DNA from: a virus
Lineage: Duplodnaviria > Caudoviricetes
IMG/VR virus record: IMGVR_UViG_3300020043_002749
Coordinates: 1 to 53,963 of that record
DNA length: 53,963 nt
Direction: 5' to 3' (one strand)
This document shows, one piece after another, positions 8,673-17,250 of this stretch. Made by a program: the position numbers and the translations under genes. The notes below the pieces were generated by a model. The model worked only from the letters and a program-made list of their open reading frames with translations. It was not told the origin of the DNA and did not search any database. Numbering within the stretch: position 1 is the first letter of the stretch; every line of letters starts with the position of its first letter.

Positions 8673-10190
8673 ATGGCAACACGTTGGGATACATTCCCCG
8701 TAAAATTTGAGGGAGGTCTAACTACCAACGTTGGTCGTATCGAGCAGGGGATACAGTTTCCGGGTAGTGCCACCATCCTACAGAATTTTGAAGCTGATAT
8801 TCAGGGGGGTTATACACGTATCCTTGGCTATCAAAAATACTCCTCCACTGCGGTTACTGGCTCTGGACAAATCTTTGGGGTTATCTCGTTAAGTGCTTCA
8901 GAGGTTTTAGCTGTTAGAGACGGTAAGTTTCTATACTCCTCTGGAACCACTTGGACAGATAAACTGACACTAACTAGTCCAACAATTGTAAGAATTGACG
9001 AGGATGTGTTCAACTTTAATGGGACACGTAAGACAGTGGTAGTGGATGGGGTAAATGACCCTGCGTTCTTTGACCACACTGCTAAAACGATGGCCTATGC
9101 TACTGCTCCTCCCTCTGACATTTCCGCTGCACAACGGGTTAGGGTTTTTAAAAATCACATCTTCTTCGCCAAAGGCACCAAGCTAAGTTTCACCGCTCCC
9201 TACGCAGAAAATGACTTTACTGCTGCGTCTGGGGCAGGGGTTATTAATATCGGAGATACGATTACTGGTTTGGTCGTATTTAGAGAGCAGCTTATTGTTT
9301 TCTGTGCAAATGCTATTTACCGTATTACTGGTAGCAGCATCAGTGACTTTACCCTAAACCCTATTACACTTAATACTGGGTGTTTGCATGGGGATTCTGT
9401 ACAGGAAGTCGGGGGTGACATCATGTACCTTGGGCCTGATGGGGTTCGGTACTTGAGCGCAACAGAACGTATGGAAGACTTTGGTCTTTCTCGTGCATCC
9501 GCTAAAATCCAAAAAGACGTTATAGACACTCTTGGTTCTGGCACTAGATTTTCTTCTATAACACTTGCTAGTAAAAACCAATATAGACTGTACACCTACG
9601 TGAGCAACGTAGTGAGAGAAAACTCGAATGGTTTTATTGGAGTAAAATTCTCTGATCAGACTTCTGAGAACATTTCTTGGTCTTTGTCAAAGGGGGTTAA
9701 GGTATATGATGCCAGTAAGTACCAAGACAGTAATGGTGAGTATATCGTATTCTGTTCTGATACTGGGTATGTTTATCGCCTAGAGAGTGGTAACTCTTTT
9801 GACGGTGAAGATATTGAGGCTATCTTTGAAACCCCATACATGCCTGTTACGGACCCCAAGAAAAGAAAAACTTTTTATAAGCACACCTTGTATGCCAAAC
9901 CTCAAGGTGTGATGGATGTTATGTGTACACTTAAGTTTGACTATGCTCAAGTGGGTAGTAGCCAATCTCCCACCTTCTCTATTTCTGGAGAAAGTGGTGT
10001 AGCGACATATGGAAGTTCTTCTGCTGTGTACGGTACCTCTGTCTATGGGGTGATTGGACAAGAACAGTATTACAATAATACGGTAGGTAGTGGGTTTGTC
10101 GTTGCCCTCCGCTACAGATCAAAATCTCAATCTTCTGTGTATAACATCAACTTTGCTGTGTTAGAGTTCAGAGAAAACGAAAGAAGGTAA
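8673..10190 (+). CDS. Tail nozzle (tail tubular protein B-like, beta-propeller)
   Basis: GGL...NFE...GGY start; ITGLVVFREQLIVF and GCLHGDSVQEVGGDIMYLGPDGVR propeller-type repeats. Confidence 0.75.
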   Translation: MATRWDTFPVKFEGGLTTNVGRIEQGIQFPGSATILQNFEADIQGGYTRILGYQKYSSTAVTGSGQIFGVISLSASEVLAVRDGKFLYSSGTTWTDKLTLTSPTIVRIDEDVFNFNGTRKTVVVDGVNDPAFFDHTAKTMAYATAPPSDISAAQRVRVFKNHIFFAKGTKLSFTAPYAENDFTAASGAGVINIGDTITGLVVFREQLIVFCANAIYRITGSSISDFTLNPITLNTGCLHGDSVQEVGGDIMYLGPDGVRYLSATERMEDFGLSRASAKIQKDVIDTLGSGTRFSSITLASKNQYRLYTYVSNVVRENSNGFIGVKFSDQTSENISWSLSKGVKVYDASKYQDSNGEYIVFCSDTGYVYRLESGNSFDGEDIEAIFETPYMPVTDPKKRKTFYKHTLYAKPQGVMDVMCTLKFDYAQVGSSQSPTFSISGESGVATYGSSSAVYGTSVYGVIGQEQYYNNTVGSGFVVALRYRSKSQSSVYNINFAVLEFRENERR

Positions 10191-10191
10191 T

Positions 10192-11664
10192 ATGTCAGGT
10201 TATACAAGAACAGATGTCACAGATCAGATTTCTAATGGAAACACGATTAACGCCACCCCTCTGGACAATGAATATGATGCAGTACAATCTGCTTTTGCAG
10301 CAGTTGGTGGGCACAAGCATGATGGGTCTGTGGGAGAAGGTGCACCCATTGTCGTAGTGGGTCCAGCCCAAGATATCGTAGTCACTACTAACAGTGTCAC
10401 ACCAAAAACAGATAACACTGTTGATTTAGGAAGTGCTACATACGAGTTTAAAGACTTGTACATTGATGGTGTAGCTAATATTGACAGTCTTGTTGCAGAC
10501 ACAGCAGATATTAATGCAGGTACGATTGATGCCACTGTGATTGGTGGAACAACTCCTGCCGCTGTCTCCGCTACGACAATCAATGCAAGTGGTACGATTA
10601 CAGGTAGTCTTACGGGTAATGTTACGGGCAACGTAACAGGGAATGTTGTTGGTAATGTCACTTCTTCTGGGACTTCTACATTCACTACTGCTGATATTAA
10701 TGGGGGCACTATTGATGGTACCGCTATTGGGGGCACAGTAGCTTCCACAGCAAGTGTTACGAACTTCTCGGTATCAGGTACGATCACACTAAGTGGTACA
10801 GCCCTAACCCCCACAGCAGCTCAATACAATTTCTTGACTGGGGTAACCTCTGGCATTCAAGCACAGCTTGACGCTAAACAAGCAACTATCACAGGAGCAG
10901 CTACAACTATTGCTACCTCTGACCTGACAGTTAGTCGTGCACTGACTTCAAGTGGCACTGGTAAAGTAGAAGTTAGCTCCGTAACAGCCACTGAATTGGG
11001 GTATTTGTCTGGCATCACTTCGTCTGCACAAACACAATTGAATGCCAAACAAGCAACTATTACAGGTGGTGCAACAACTATTGTATCGTCTAACTTAACT
11101 GCTTCTAGGGCGCTGACTTCAGACGCATCTGGTAAAGTTGCTGTTAGTTCTGTTACATCTACCGAACTTGGTTATGTAAGTGGGGTGACGAGTGCCCTAC
11201 AAACTCAGTTGGGCCTTAAAGCCCCATTAGCGTCACCAACGCTAACTGGTACTCCAATTGCCCCTACAGCTACAGCGGGAACTAACACAACTCAAATCGC
11301 CACAACAGCTTTTGTCACCGCTGCCCTACCTTTTGCGGCATCTTACACCAGCTCCCAAACAACACTGGCACTTAATACTCTGTACACATTCACACATAGC
11401 CTTGGTGGGCTGCCTACGTTAGTCCAAGCGTACTATGTGTGTAAAGTAGCTATTGATGGTTATGCTATTGGGGACTACATACCCGTTCTGCATGGAACAG
11501 AGAATTACAACAATAACGTCGGACCAGCTATTGTGATAAATACAACTCAAATAAAGTTTAGAACCCCCTCTGACGCACTGATGCGCTCTATTGGTATCGA
11601 CGGCTCTACTAGAACGCAGTATTCGCCAACTAACTTCGATCTAGTGGTGAGAGCGTGGCGTTAA
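10192..11664 (+). CDS. Tail fibre protein
   Basis: N-terminal anchor (GYTR...GHKHDG..GEG), GNVT repeats, ELGYxSGxTS repeats, APLASPTLTGTPIAPT motif and a C-terminal tip domain. Confidence 0.85.
   Translation: MSGYTRTDVTDQISNGNTINATPLDNEYDAVQSAFAAVGGHKHDGSVGEGAPIVVVGPAQDIVVTTNSVTPKTDNTVDLGSATYEFKDLYIDGVANIDSLVADTADINAGTIDATVIGGTTPAAVSATTINASGTITGSLTGNVTGNVTGNVVGNVTSSGTSTFTTADINGGTIDGTAIGGTVASTASVTNFSVSGTITLSGTALTPTAAQYNFLTGVTSGIQAQLDAKQATITGAATTIATSDLTVSRALTSSGTGKVEVSSVTATELGYLSGITSSAQTQLNAKQATITGGATTIVSSNLTASRALTSDASGKVAVSSVTSTELGYVSGVTSALQTQLGLKAPLASPTLTGTPIAPTATAGTNTTQIATTAFVTAALPFAASYTSSQTTLALNTLYTFTHSLGGLPTLVQAYYVCKVAIDGYAIGDYIPVLHGTENYNNNVGPAIVINTTQIKFRTPSDALMRSIGIDGSTRTQYSPTNFDLVVRAWR
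10828..11211 (+). repeat. 171-bp (57-aa) tandem repeat in the tail fibre, ~2.3 copies
   Basis: The QxQL unit recurs at 10858, 11029 and 11200; AKQATITGxATTI...SRALTS..GKV.VSSVT.TELGY.SG.TS is repeated. Confidence 0.85.
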
Positions 11665-11888
11665 TGGAACTAATTGAATTTATCCTTAAATGGTTGGGTG
11701 TCCCTCTGGCAGGTTTTGGTTGGCACATCTACAGCAAACAACAAGAACATCACACAAGTTTAGAAGTGCTTAAGACCCAAATAAGGGCAGATAAGGATTC
11801 CCATGAACGAGAAAATAGCGAAATGCGTGAGAGCCTTCGTGCAATTTTTGGTAAACTTGATAGCATCGAAACCGCCCTCCGTAAATAA
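11664..11888 (+). CDS. Small membrane protein, holin/antiholin-like
   Basis: One N-terminal TM segment (FILKWLGVPLAGFGWHIY) plus a coiled coil; precedes and overlaps the endolysin. Confidence 0.55.
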   Translation: MELIEFILKWLGVPLAGFGWHIYSKQQEHHTSLEVLKTQIRADKDSHERENSEMRESLRAIFGKLDSIETALRK

Positions 11889-12441
11889 CGATAAGTTTTT
11901 TGCTGGTGTTGCCAAGCTTTTCCCAAAACTATCTGTAAAACAAAAAGAGGGGACAGAGGTGTTGCTTAAAGCAACCCTCCATCTCCCTCTTGCACAAAGA
12001 GCTTACCTCTTAGCAACAGCCTACCATGAGACGGCTACAACAATGCAGCCCATCCACGAATATGGTGGTGTGAAATATTTTGATAAGTACGATACAGGCA
12101 AACTTGCCGCTAACCTTGGTAACACTCCTGAGAAGGATGGTGATGGCTATCTCTATCGTGGTCGTGGGTACGTACAGTTAACTGGTAAGGCTAACTACAC
12201 TAAAGCTTCTAAGAAGTTGGGGGTTGACTTTATTAAGTCCCCCGACTTGGCTATCAACCCTAAACATGCTGCTGACATCCTTGTGATGGGTTGTACAGAG
12301 GGTTGGTTCACAGGTAAGAAGCTAAGTGGGTATATTAACGATAAGGTAACAGATTATCGTAATGCTAGACGTGTTGTTAATGGTGTAGATGATGCTGATC
12401 TTATCGCATCTTACGCTAAAGTGTTTCAACAAGCATTATAA
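11803..12441 (+). CDS. Endolysin, glycoside hydrolase family 19 (chitinase-like)
   Basis: YLLATAYHET, YRGRGYVQLTGKANY and ARRVVNG motifs; AAGGA RBS before ATG 11803. Confidence 0.88.
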   Translation: MNEKIAKCVRAFVQFLVNLIASKPPSVNNDKFFAGVAKLFPKLSVKQKEGTEVLLKATLHLPLAQRAYLLATAYHETATTMQPIHEYGGVKYFDKYDTGKLAANLGNTPEKDGDGYLYRGRGYVQLTGKANYTKASKKLGVDFIKSPDLAINPKHAADILVMGCTEGWFTGKKLSGYINDKVTDYRNARRVVNGVDDADLIASYAKVFQQAL

Positions 12442-12469
12442 GATATATTATAATATTAAGGGTGGGGAA

Positions 12470-12541
12470 TAATTTTTAAACCCCTAGTTATATATAGTCA
12501 GTTTTGACCCCTTGTCAAGGGGCTACAAAAAATAAATATTT
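12470..12541 (-). promoter_or_regulatory. 72-bp promoter-like element, copy 1
   Basis: Minus strand reads AT-rich tract, CTTGACA, spacer, CTATATATAAC. 60/72 identical to 45027-45098 in inverted orientation. Confidence 0.7.
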
Positions 12542-12552
12542 AGGAGGCTAGT

Positions 12553-12762
12553 ATGGCCGAACTTAAAACACAACCTACAAAACTCCCCACCCGTAAGATT
12601 TTGGCTGTTATCTTTTCTGGTGCAATCCTTGGGGCAGCCCAGAGCGCCCTATCATTGTTTTGGCCTGATCATCCTTTTGCCCCATTTATGCAAGATGTAG
12701 ATATCTGGCTTCAAGGGATTATCATGGTCATGGCAGGCTACTTTACGAAAGAGCGTGTGTAA
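12553..12762 (+). CDS. Putative holin
   Basis: 69 aa with two TM segments and a YFTKER C-terminus; AGGAGG RBS; inside the lysis cassette. Confidence 0.6.
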   Translation: MAELKTQPTKLPTRKILAVIFSGAILGAAQSALSLFWPDHPFAPFMQDVDIWLQGIIMVMAGYFTKERV

Positions 12763-12763
12763 T

Positions 12764-13042
12764 ATGCTACAAATGGTCATAGACTACCTACTACCTTTTA
12801 AAGGCCTCATAGGAGGGGCTGTAGCGGGCCTAGTGGGCTTTCTAACACTTATCTGGTATGGTGGTAGCAAAAAACGTGAAGGGGCCTTAGAGGCCGCTAC
12901 AGACGCTCTGGTGAGAGATACGAAAAAAGTGGAGAAAGCTCGTGAAGCTGCTTATGAAGAAAAAAGAGATGTTAGCGGGGTTTCTGATAGCAATCTTGTT
13001 GACCGCCTGCGCCGCAGGGGTGACGATTGGGGCAGCTTGTAG
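12764..13042 (+). CDS. Inner-membrane spanin (Rz-like)
   Basis: N-terminal TM segment followed by a charged helical domain; overlapped at the 3' end by a lipoprotein ORF. Confidence 0.65.
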   Translation: MLQMVIDYLLPFKGLIGGAVAGLVGFLTLIWYGGSKKREGALEAATDALVRDTKKVEKAREAAYEEKRDVSGVSDSNLVDRLRRRGDDWGSL

Positions 13043-13160
13043 TGTTTACCAAGAGGCTCGTGTTGACATGCCAGACCCCACTGGTGCAACAAGACAATTT
13101 TTAGAGTGGTTCAATCTTCTCGATGTTCGTATGCTAGAAGTTTGTAAGAGAGGCTCGTAA
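12954..13160 (+). CDS. Outer-membrane spanin (Rz1-like lipoprotein)
   Basis: MKKKEMLAGFLIAILLTA-C lipobox; overlaps the Rz-like gene in another frame. Confidence 0.7.
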   Translation: MKKKEMLAGFLIAILLTACAAGVTIGAACSVYQEARVDMPDPTGATRQFLEWFNLLDVRMLEVCKRGS

Positions 13161-14698
13161 TGGCAAAACAGTTTAGCGGGTTTACCCAACAACAAACAGA
13201 AACACTAGCTAGAAAAATGGGCTTTAAAGGGCCTATGGACCAATTCACAAACTACCTTCGTTCAGACCCGGCGAGTTTTTCTAAGTTTCAGGCCTACGAA
13301 AGTAAGGCCAAACAGATGGTTGAGAGTGCGGCTGAGAAGCGAGGATTTGCTGGTGGTGGGTCCGTGATCGAAACCCCCCTCCCCACTCCTACAACGCCCA
13401 ATACCACACCTGCACAGATGGGGAATATCGCCACCACTGAGACGGACAAAAAGGGCAAGACGACTACAACCAATAATCCGTTTGTAGCCCCCAATCCAAA
13501 CTCTCCCGCAGGTCTTATGACCTCGGATATGGTAACAAACCCAGAGAACTATACTACCCCTGTTACCACCACACCTATGACCGTTTCTCAGAACGAAATG
13601 GTAGATCAAACAAGTGGACAGGTTGGTAGTAACGCTGACGTAGTTGCGACTACATCTGGCACTACTCAACAGGCTGCAACCCCCACTGGGTTAGTTGCAC
13701 CACAAGTTACAACTTCTACTTCAACCCCCGCTGTTTCTGCTGCTACTCAGGGCATGTCTTCTGTACAAGGTACAGTTAGTTCTCAAGCTCAAGTTGAGGC
13801 AGCCACTGCTCTTCCTTCGTCTGATGCCACCGTACAAGGTCAGATTACCAAGCTGATGGCTCAGTTTGAGGGGGGAGCTACCCCTGTCTGGGCTGCTGGT
13901 GCCATTCGTAACGCTAACGCCATTATGGCACAGCGTGGACTTGGTGCTTCATCTATGGCTGGTGGCGCTGTCACCCAAGCTGCAATGGAAAGTGCAATTG
14001 AGATTGCTGCAAGAGATGCAGCTACATTCTCTCAATTTGAGCTAACAAATCTAAATAACAGACAACAAGCTCGTCTACAAAACGCACAAGCCTTCTTGTC
14101 TGTAGATATGGCCAATCTGGATTCTGCAAACCAGATGAATATCTTTAAAAGCCAATCTATTATCCAAGGTTTGTTTACCGATCAAGCCGCAGAAAATGCA
14201 ACCAAGCAGTTTAATGCCTCTAGTCAAGCGCAAACAGATCAATTCTTTTCTAGCCTTAAGTCTCAAGTTGACCAGTTCAATATTGCCCAAAAGAACGCAA
14301 TGTCTCAGTTTGACGTAGAGCAAACAAACACCATTGCCACCTTTAATCGTCAAATGAACGACGCTAGAGACCAGTTTAATGCAGCTAATAGACTTATCGT
14401 AGATCAATCTAATGCTACATGGCGTCGTTCTGTTACTACAGCTAACAACGAAAATGCAAATGAAGCTAACAGAATTAATGCCCAAGCTGCAACAGGTATG
14501 ACTACAGCAGCCTATAATAACCTGATGCAACGTGAAAGAGACTATTATGCTTTCGCATACGAAGCAGCGGAAAATGCTAAATCTCGTGCACAAGAAATTG
14601 TTCTTCAAAAGATGGGGGCTAAAGCCGCTAGTCAAGCTGCTATGGGTGAAGCTTTGGGAAGTCTGGCTGGCTCTCTCCTTGATAACATCTTTAGCTAA
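13160..14698 (+). CDS. Internal virion (ejection) protein
   Basis: Ala/Gln/Asn-rich helical repeats (QFN motifs) and RGLGASSMAG; typical of podovirus core proteins. Confidence 0.7.
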   Translation: MAKQFSGFTQQQTETLARKMGFKGPMDQFTNYLRSDPASFSKFQAYESKAKQMVESAAEKRGFAGGGSVIETPLPTPTTPNTTPAQMGNIATTETDKKGKTTTTNNPFVAPNPNSPAGLMTSDMVTNPENYTTPVTTTPMTVSQNEMVDQTSGQVGSNADVVATTSGTTQQAATPTGLVAPQVTTSTSTPAVSAATQGMSSVQGTVSSQAQVEAATALPSSDATVQGQITKLMAQFEGGATPVWAAGAIRNANAIMAQRGLGASSMAGGAVTQAAMESAIEIAARDAATFSQFELTNLNNRQQARLQNAQAFLSVDMANLDSANQMNIFKSQSIIQGLFTDQAAENATKQFNASSQAQTDQFFSSLKSQVDQFNIAQKNAMSQFDVEQTNTIATFNRQMNDARDQFNAANRLIVDQSNATWRRSVTTANNENANEANRINAQAATGMTTAAYNNLMQRERDYYAFAYEAAENAKSRAQEIVLQKMGAKAASQAAMGEALGSLAGSLLDNIFS

Positions 14699-14709
14699 TA
14701 GGGGATGAA

Positions 14710-15567
14710 ATGAATTACTTTGAGACACTAGAGAAACTGCGTAGAGAGGTGTTCTCGGAGCCTTCTCCCAAACCTAAAGAAAAGCCCACAGGCTTTATTC
14801 CTGTCCGACAATTGGTGCAGACTGAAGACTCAAGAGATATTGCAGACAGGCCGAGAGAGTGGTTGAAGCAAATTAAGCAAGCTTCTGACGAGATTAAAAA
14901 GACTGCCCCTAGTGGTGGATTTGCATCTGGTTTTGTTAAGACTGCCTCTCAAGCCTTTGATAAGGATAAGCCTGTAGGAGAAAAACCACAACTGTCTGAT
15001 AGACGTGGGGACACCCCATCTAAGTATTCCCCTGATAGACAACTTACCCCCGCTGGTAAGACTACAGACCTAAAAGGTAAAGAAGCTTTTATCGAAGCTA
15101 TTTACCCTATGGCAATTGAGGTGGGAAAGAAAACTGGTGTTGACCCCCGTATTATTGTAGCTCAGGCTGCGCTAGAAACAGGGTGGGGAGAGTCTGCACC
15201 TAACAACAACTACTTTGGGATTAAGTCTCACGGTAAAGCAGGCGGAGCCACAATGTCCACTAAAGAAGTTATCAACGGTAAAGAGGTTACAGTTGATGCG
15301 TCTTTTAGACAATTTGATTCCCCCGCTGACAGTGTAGTTGGTTATGGGGAGTTTCTTTTAGAGAACCCCAGATATAAAAGCATGTTGGAAGCCACTACTT
15401 TAGAGGAACAAGTGAGAGCACTTGGCCGCTCTGGGTATGCTACAGACCCCAACTACGCAGATAAAATCTATTCTATCGCAACGGGCCTACCACCCTTATC
15501 TAACGAAGGTGGGATATCTTTCTTACAACCTAAACGTAACCCTTTAATTAAGAGACGGGGTAAATAA
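14710..15567 (+). CDS. Virion-associated peptidoglycan hydrolase (GH73/FlgJ-like glucosaminidase)
   Basis: IIVAQAALETGWG, NNYFGIK, FRQFDS and GYATDPNYA motifs. Confidence 0.88.
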   Translation: MNYFETLEKLRREVFSEPSPKPKEKPTGFIPVRQLVQTEDSRDIADRPREWLKQIKQASDEIKKTAPSGGFASGFVKTASQAFDKDKPVGEKPQLSDRRGDTPSKYSPDRQLTPAGKTTDLKGKEAFIEAIYPMAIEVGKKTGVDPRIIVAQAALETGWGESAPNNNYFGIKSHGKAGGATMSTKEVINGKEVTVDASFRQFDSPADSVVGYGEFLLENPRYKSMLEATTLEEQVRALGRSGYATDPNYADKIYSIATGLPPLSNEGGISFLQPKRNPLIKRRGK

Positions 15568-16079
15568 TGAACCTCAGAGCAGCAATTCCCGGCATGTCCT
15601 TGACGAAAGAGCCGGGTAATTCCCCTTGGGAACAGCCCCCACTCCACTCTACTCCAGAAGAAGCATTGGGGTTTTATTTTCAAAAGCTTGAAAACGAAGA
15701 TATCCTAGACGATATTCTTTTCACATTGGAACAGGGGTTCCCTCTAGAAACTCTTGTAGACTCTATGACATCTGTTGGTGTTATGGAGGGGTACCACACG
15801 GTTGATGTCAAAGTTCTGGTCTCTCCTATCATTCACGAACATCTTCGTATTCTAGCGGAGACCGTTGGAATTGAGATTGTAGAGCAAGCTGGCCCCTCTA
15901 AAGAGGATCGTATGAAGGAAAAGGACAAGAAACGAATTGGCATTCTCCTTCAAAAAGCTCTTGAAGGTCCGGTTGAAATCACTCCCGAAGTCCAAGAAGA
16001 GGCCTCTGAAGCTTTGGAAGAAGCGGGGGAGGGAGAGGAAAGTATGGCTCCTACCCCACTAATTAAGCGGAGGGTTTAA
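15567..16079 (+). CDS. Putative internal virion protein
   Basis: IPGMSLT.EPGNSPWEQPP motif; acidic; in the core-protein module. Confidence 0.6.
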   Translation: MNLRAAIPGMSLTKEPGNSPWEQPPLHSTPEEALGFYFQKLENEDILDDILFTLEQGFPLETLVDSMTSVGVMEGYHTVDVKVLVSPIIHEHLRILAETVGIEIVEQAGPSKEDRMKEKDKKRIGILLQKALEGPVEITPEVQEEASEALEEAGEGEESMAPTPLIKRRV

Positions 16080-17239
16080 TGTCAAGTTTTGCTACAGGTT
16101 TTGCTACAGGTTTTTTTAATAAGCTTGCAGGCAACATAGACCAACGAAGTGCAGATGCACGAGAGTATTTCAACAAGCAAGTTGAGGTGGCTAGAACTGT
16201 TGGGTTGGAAAATAGACAACGCTCCAGAGCTGCTGCTGATGAAAGCATTAGCATTGCTAAACGTCTTCAAGAGATGGGTGTTCCAAAGGACATTATTATG
16301 GCGCAAGCCAGTATGAACCCAGCAGGACTAGGGGATTTTTTTAGTCAGGTGGAAAAGCTTCGTCTAGAAGCTAACGTCCCAGTTGATGAAGACTTCTTTA
16401 GAAGTGTATATAAACTCAGTGGTTCCTTTAAGGCCCCAGATGAGGACTTTACTACATTCTTCACTCGTATGTATGAACCCATTGTTACAGCAGCCACTAC
16501 AGACCCAGAAGGTTTTAAACAAGACAAAGAGGGGTCTATTTTTGCCGCTGCCTTTGGGCTTAATGCAATGGACAAAGCTCGTCGTAAGCTTGCTACCACA
16601 GAAGTGGCTCCCGGCCTGACAGCCGAACAAGCCATTGCTATGGGGGATACACCTAAACCTAATGTGTCTGGAGAAGCTTTTGTCACTGTAGACCCCGTGG
16701 CTTTGAAAAGAGCTGCTGGTAATTCCACTCTAACCCCCACCGTAATGGCGCAGGTGAGAGTGGAATTTGAGTCAATCTTGGATACAACCGCTACAGGACT
16801 GGCTAGTGACTACGATCTTGAAGACCCCACACAAGCCCAAGATTTAAACACAGCCGCCACTAAGCTCGCGTATGAGAAGATGGTTGAACTCTATGCTGGT
16901 AATGAAGACTACCTTTCCTATATTCGTCAAAGATACGATCTGGACGAAGAAGGCAATACCATTGAGACAACTACACCTGCACCAGAGGCCACAGGAGAGC
17001 CTGTAGAAGCCCCTGTAGTGACTGTCCCTACCGAGGGTAGCCAAGAGCGTGTAGAGGCCCCTGTGGCCCCTCCTACGGCCTCTACGGACGTGCTTGATAT
17101 GCAAGAGATTGCACGTATGGAAGCCTTCGGAGCACAAGATGTTACAAACAATGGTGATGGCACTGTTACGTACACAACACCAGATGGACAAACTGTCACA
17201 TCTTCTGTCGAAGAACTTAGAAAATATATGTCTAATTAA
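16079..17239 (+). CDS. Putative internal virion protein
   Basis: FATGFATGF N-terminus; translationally coupled within the core module. Confidence 0.55.
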   Translation: MSSFATGFATGFFNKLAGNIDQRSADAREYFNKQVEVARTVGLENRQRSRAAADESISIAKRLQEMGVPKDIIMAQASMNPAGLGDFFSQVEKLRLEANVPVDEDFFRSVYKLSGSFKAPDEDFTTFFTRMYEPIVTAATTDPEGFKQDKEGSIFAAAFGLNAMDKARRKLATTEVAPGLTAEQAIAMGDTPKPNVSGEAFVTVDPVALKRAAGNSTLTPTVMAQVRVEFESILDTTATGLASDYDLEDPTQAQDLNTAATKLAYEKMVELYAGNEDYLSYIRQRYDLDEEGNTIETTTPAPEATGEPVEAPVVTVPTEGSQERVEAPVAPPTASTDVLDMQEIARMEAFGAQDVTNNGDGTVTYTTPDGQTVTSSVEELRKYMSN

Positions 17240-17250
17240 GGAGAATAAAA

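Noticed and set aside
10224-14728. Long minus-strand ORFs 10224-10814 and 14075-14728
   Set aside because: Shadows of low-complexity Thr/Ala/Gln-rich structural genes.
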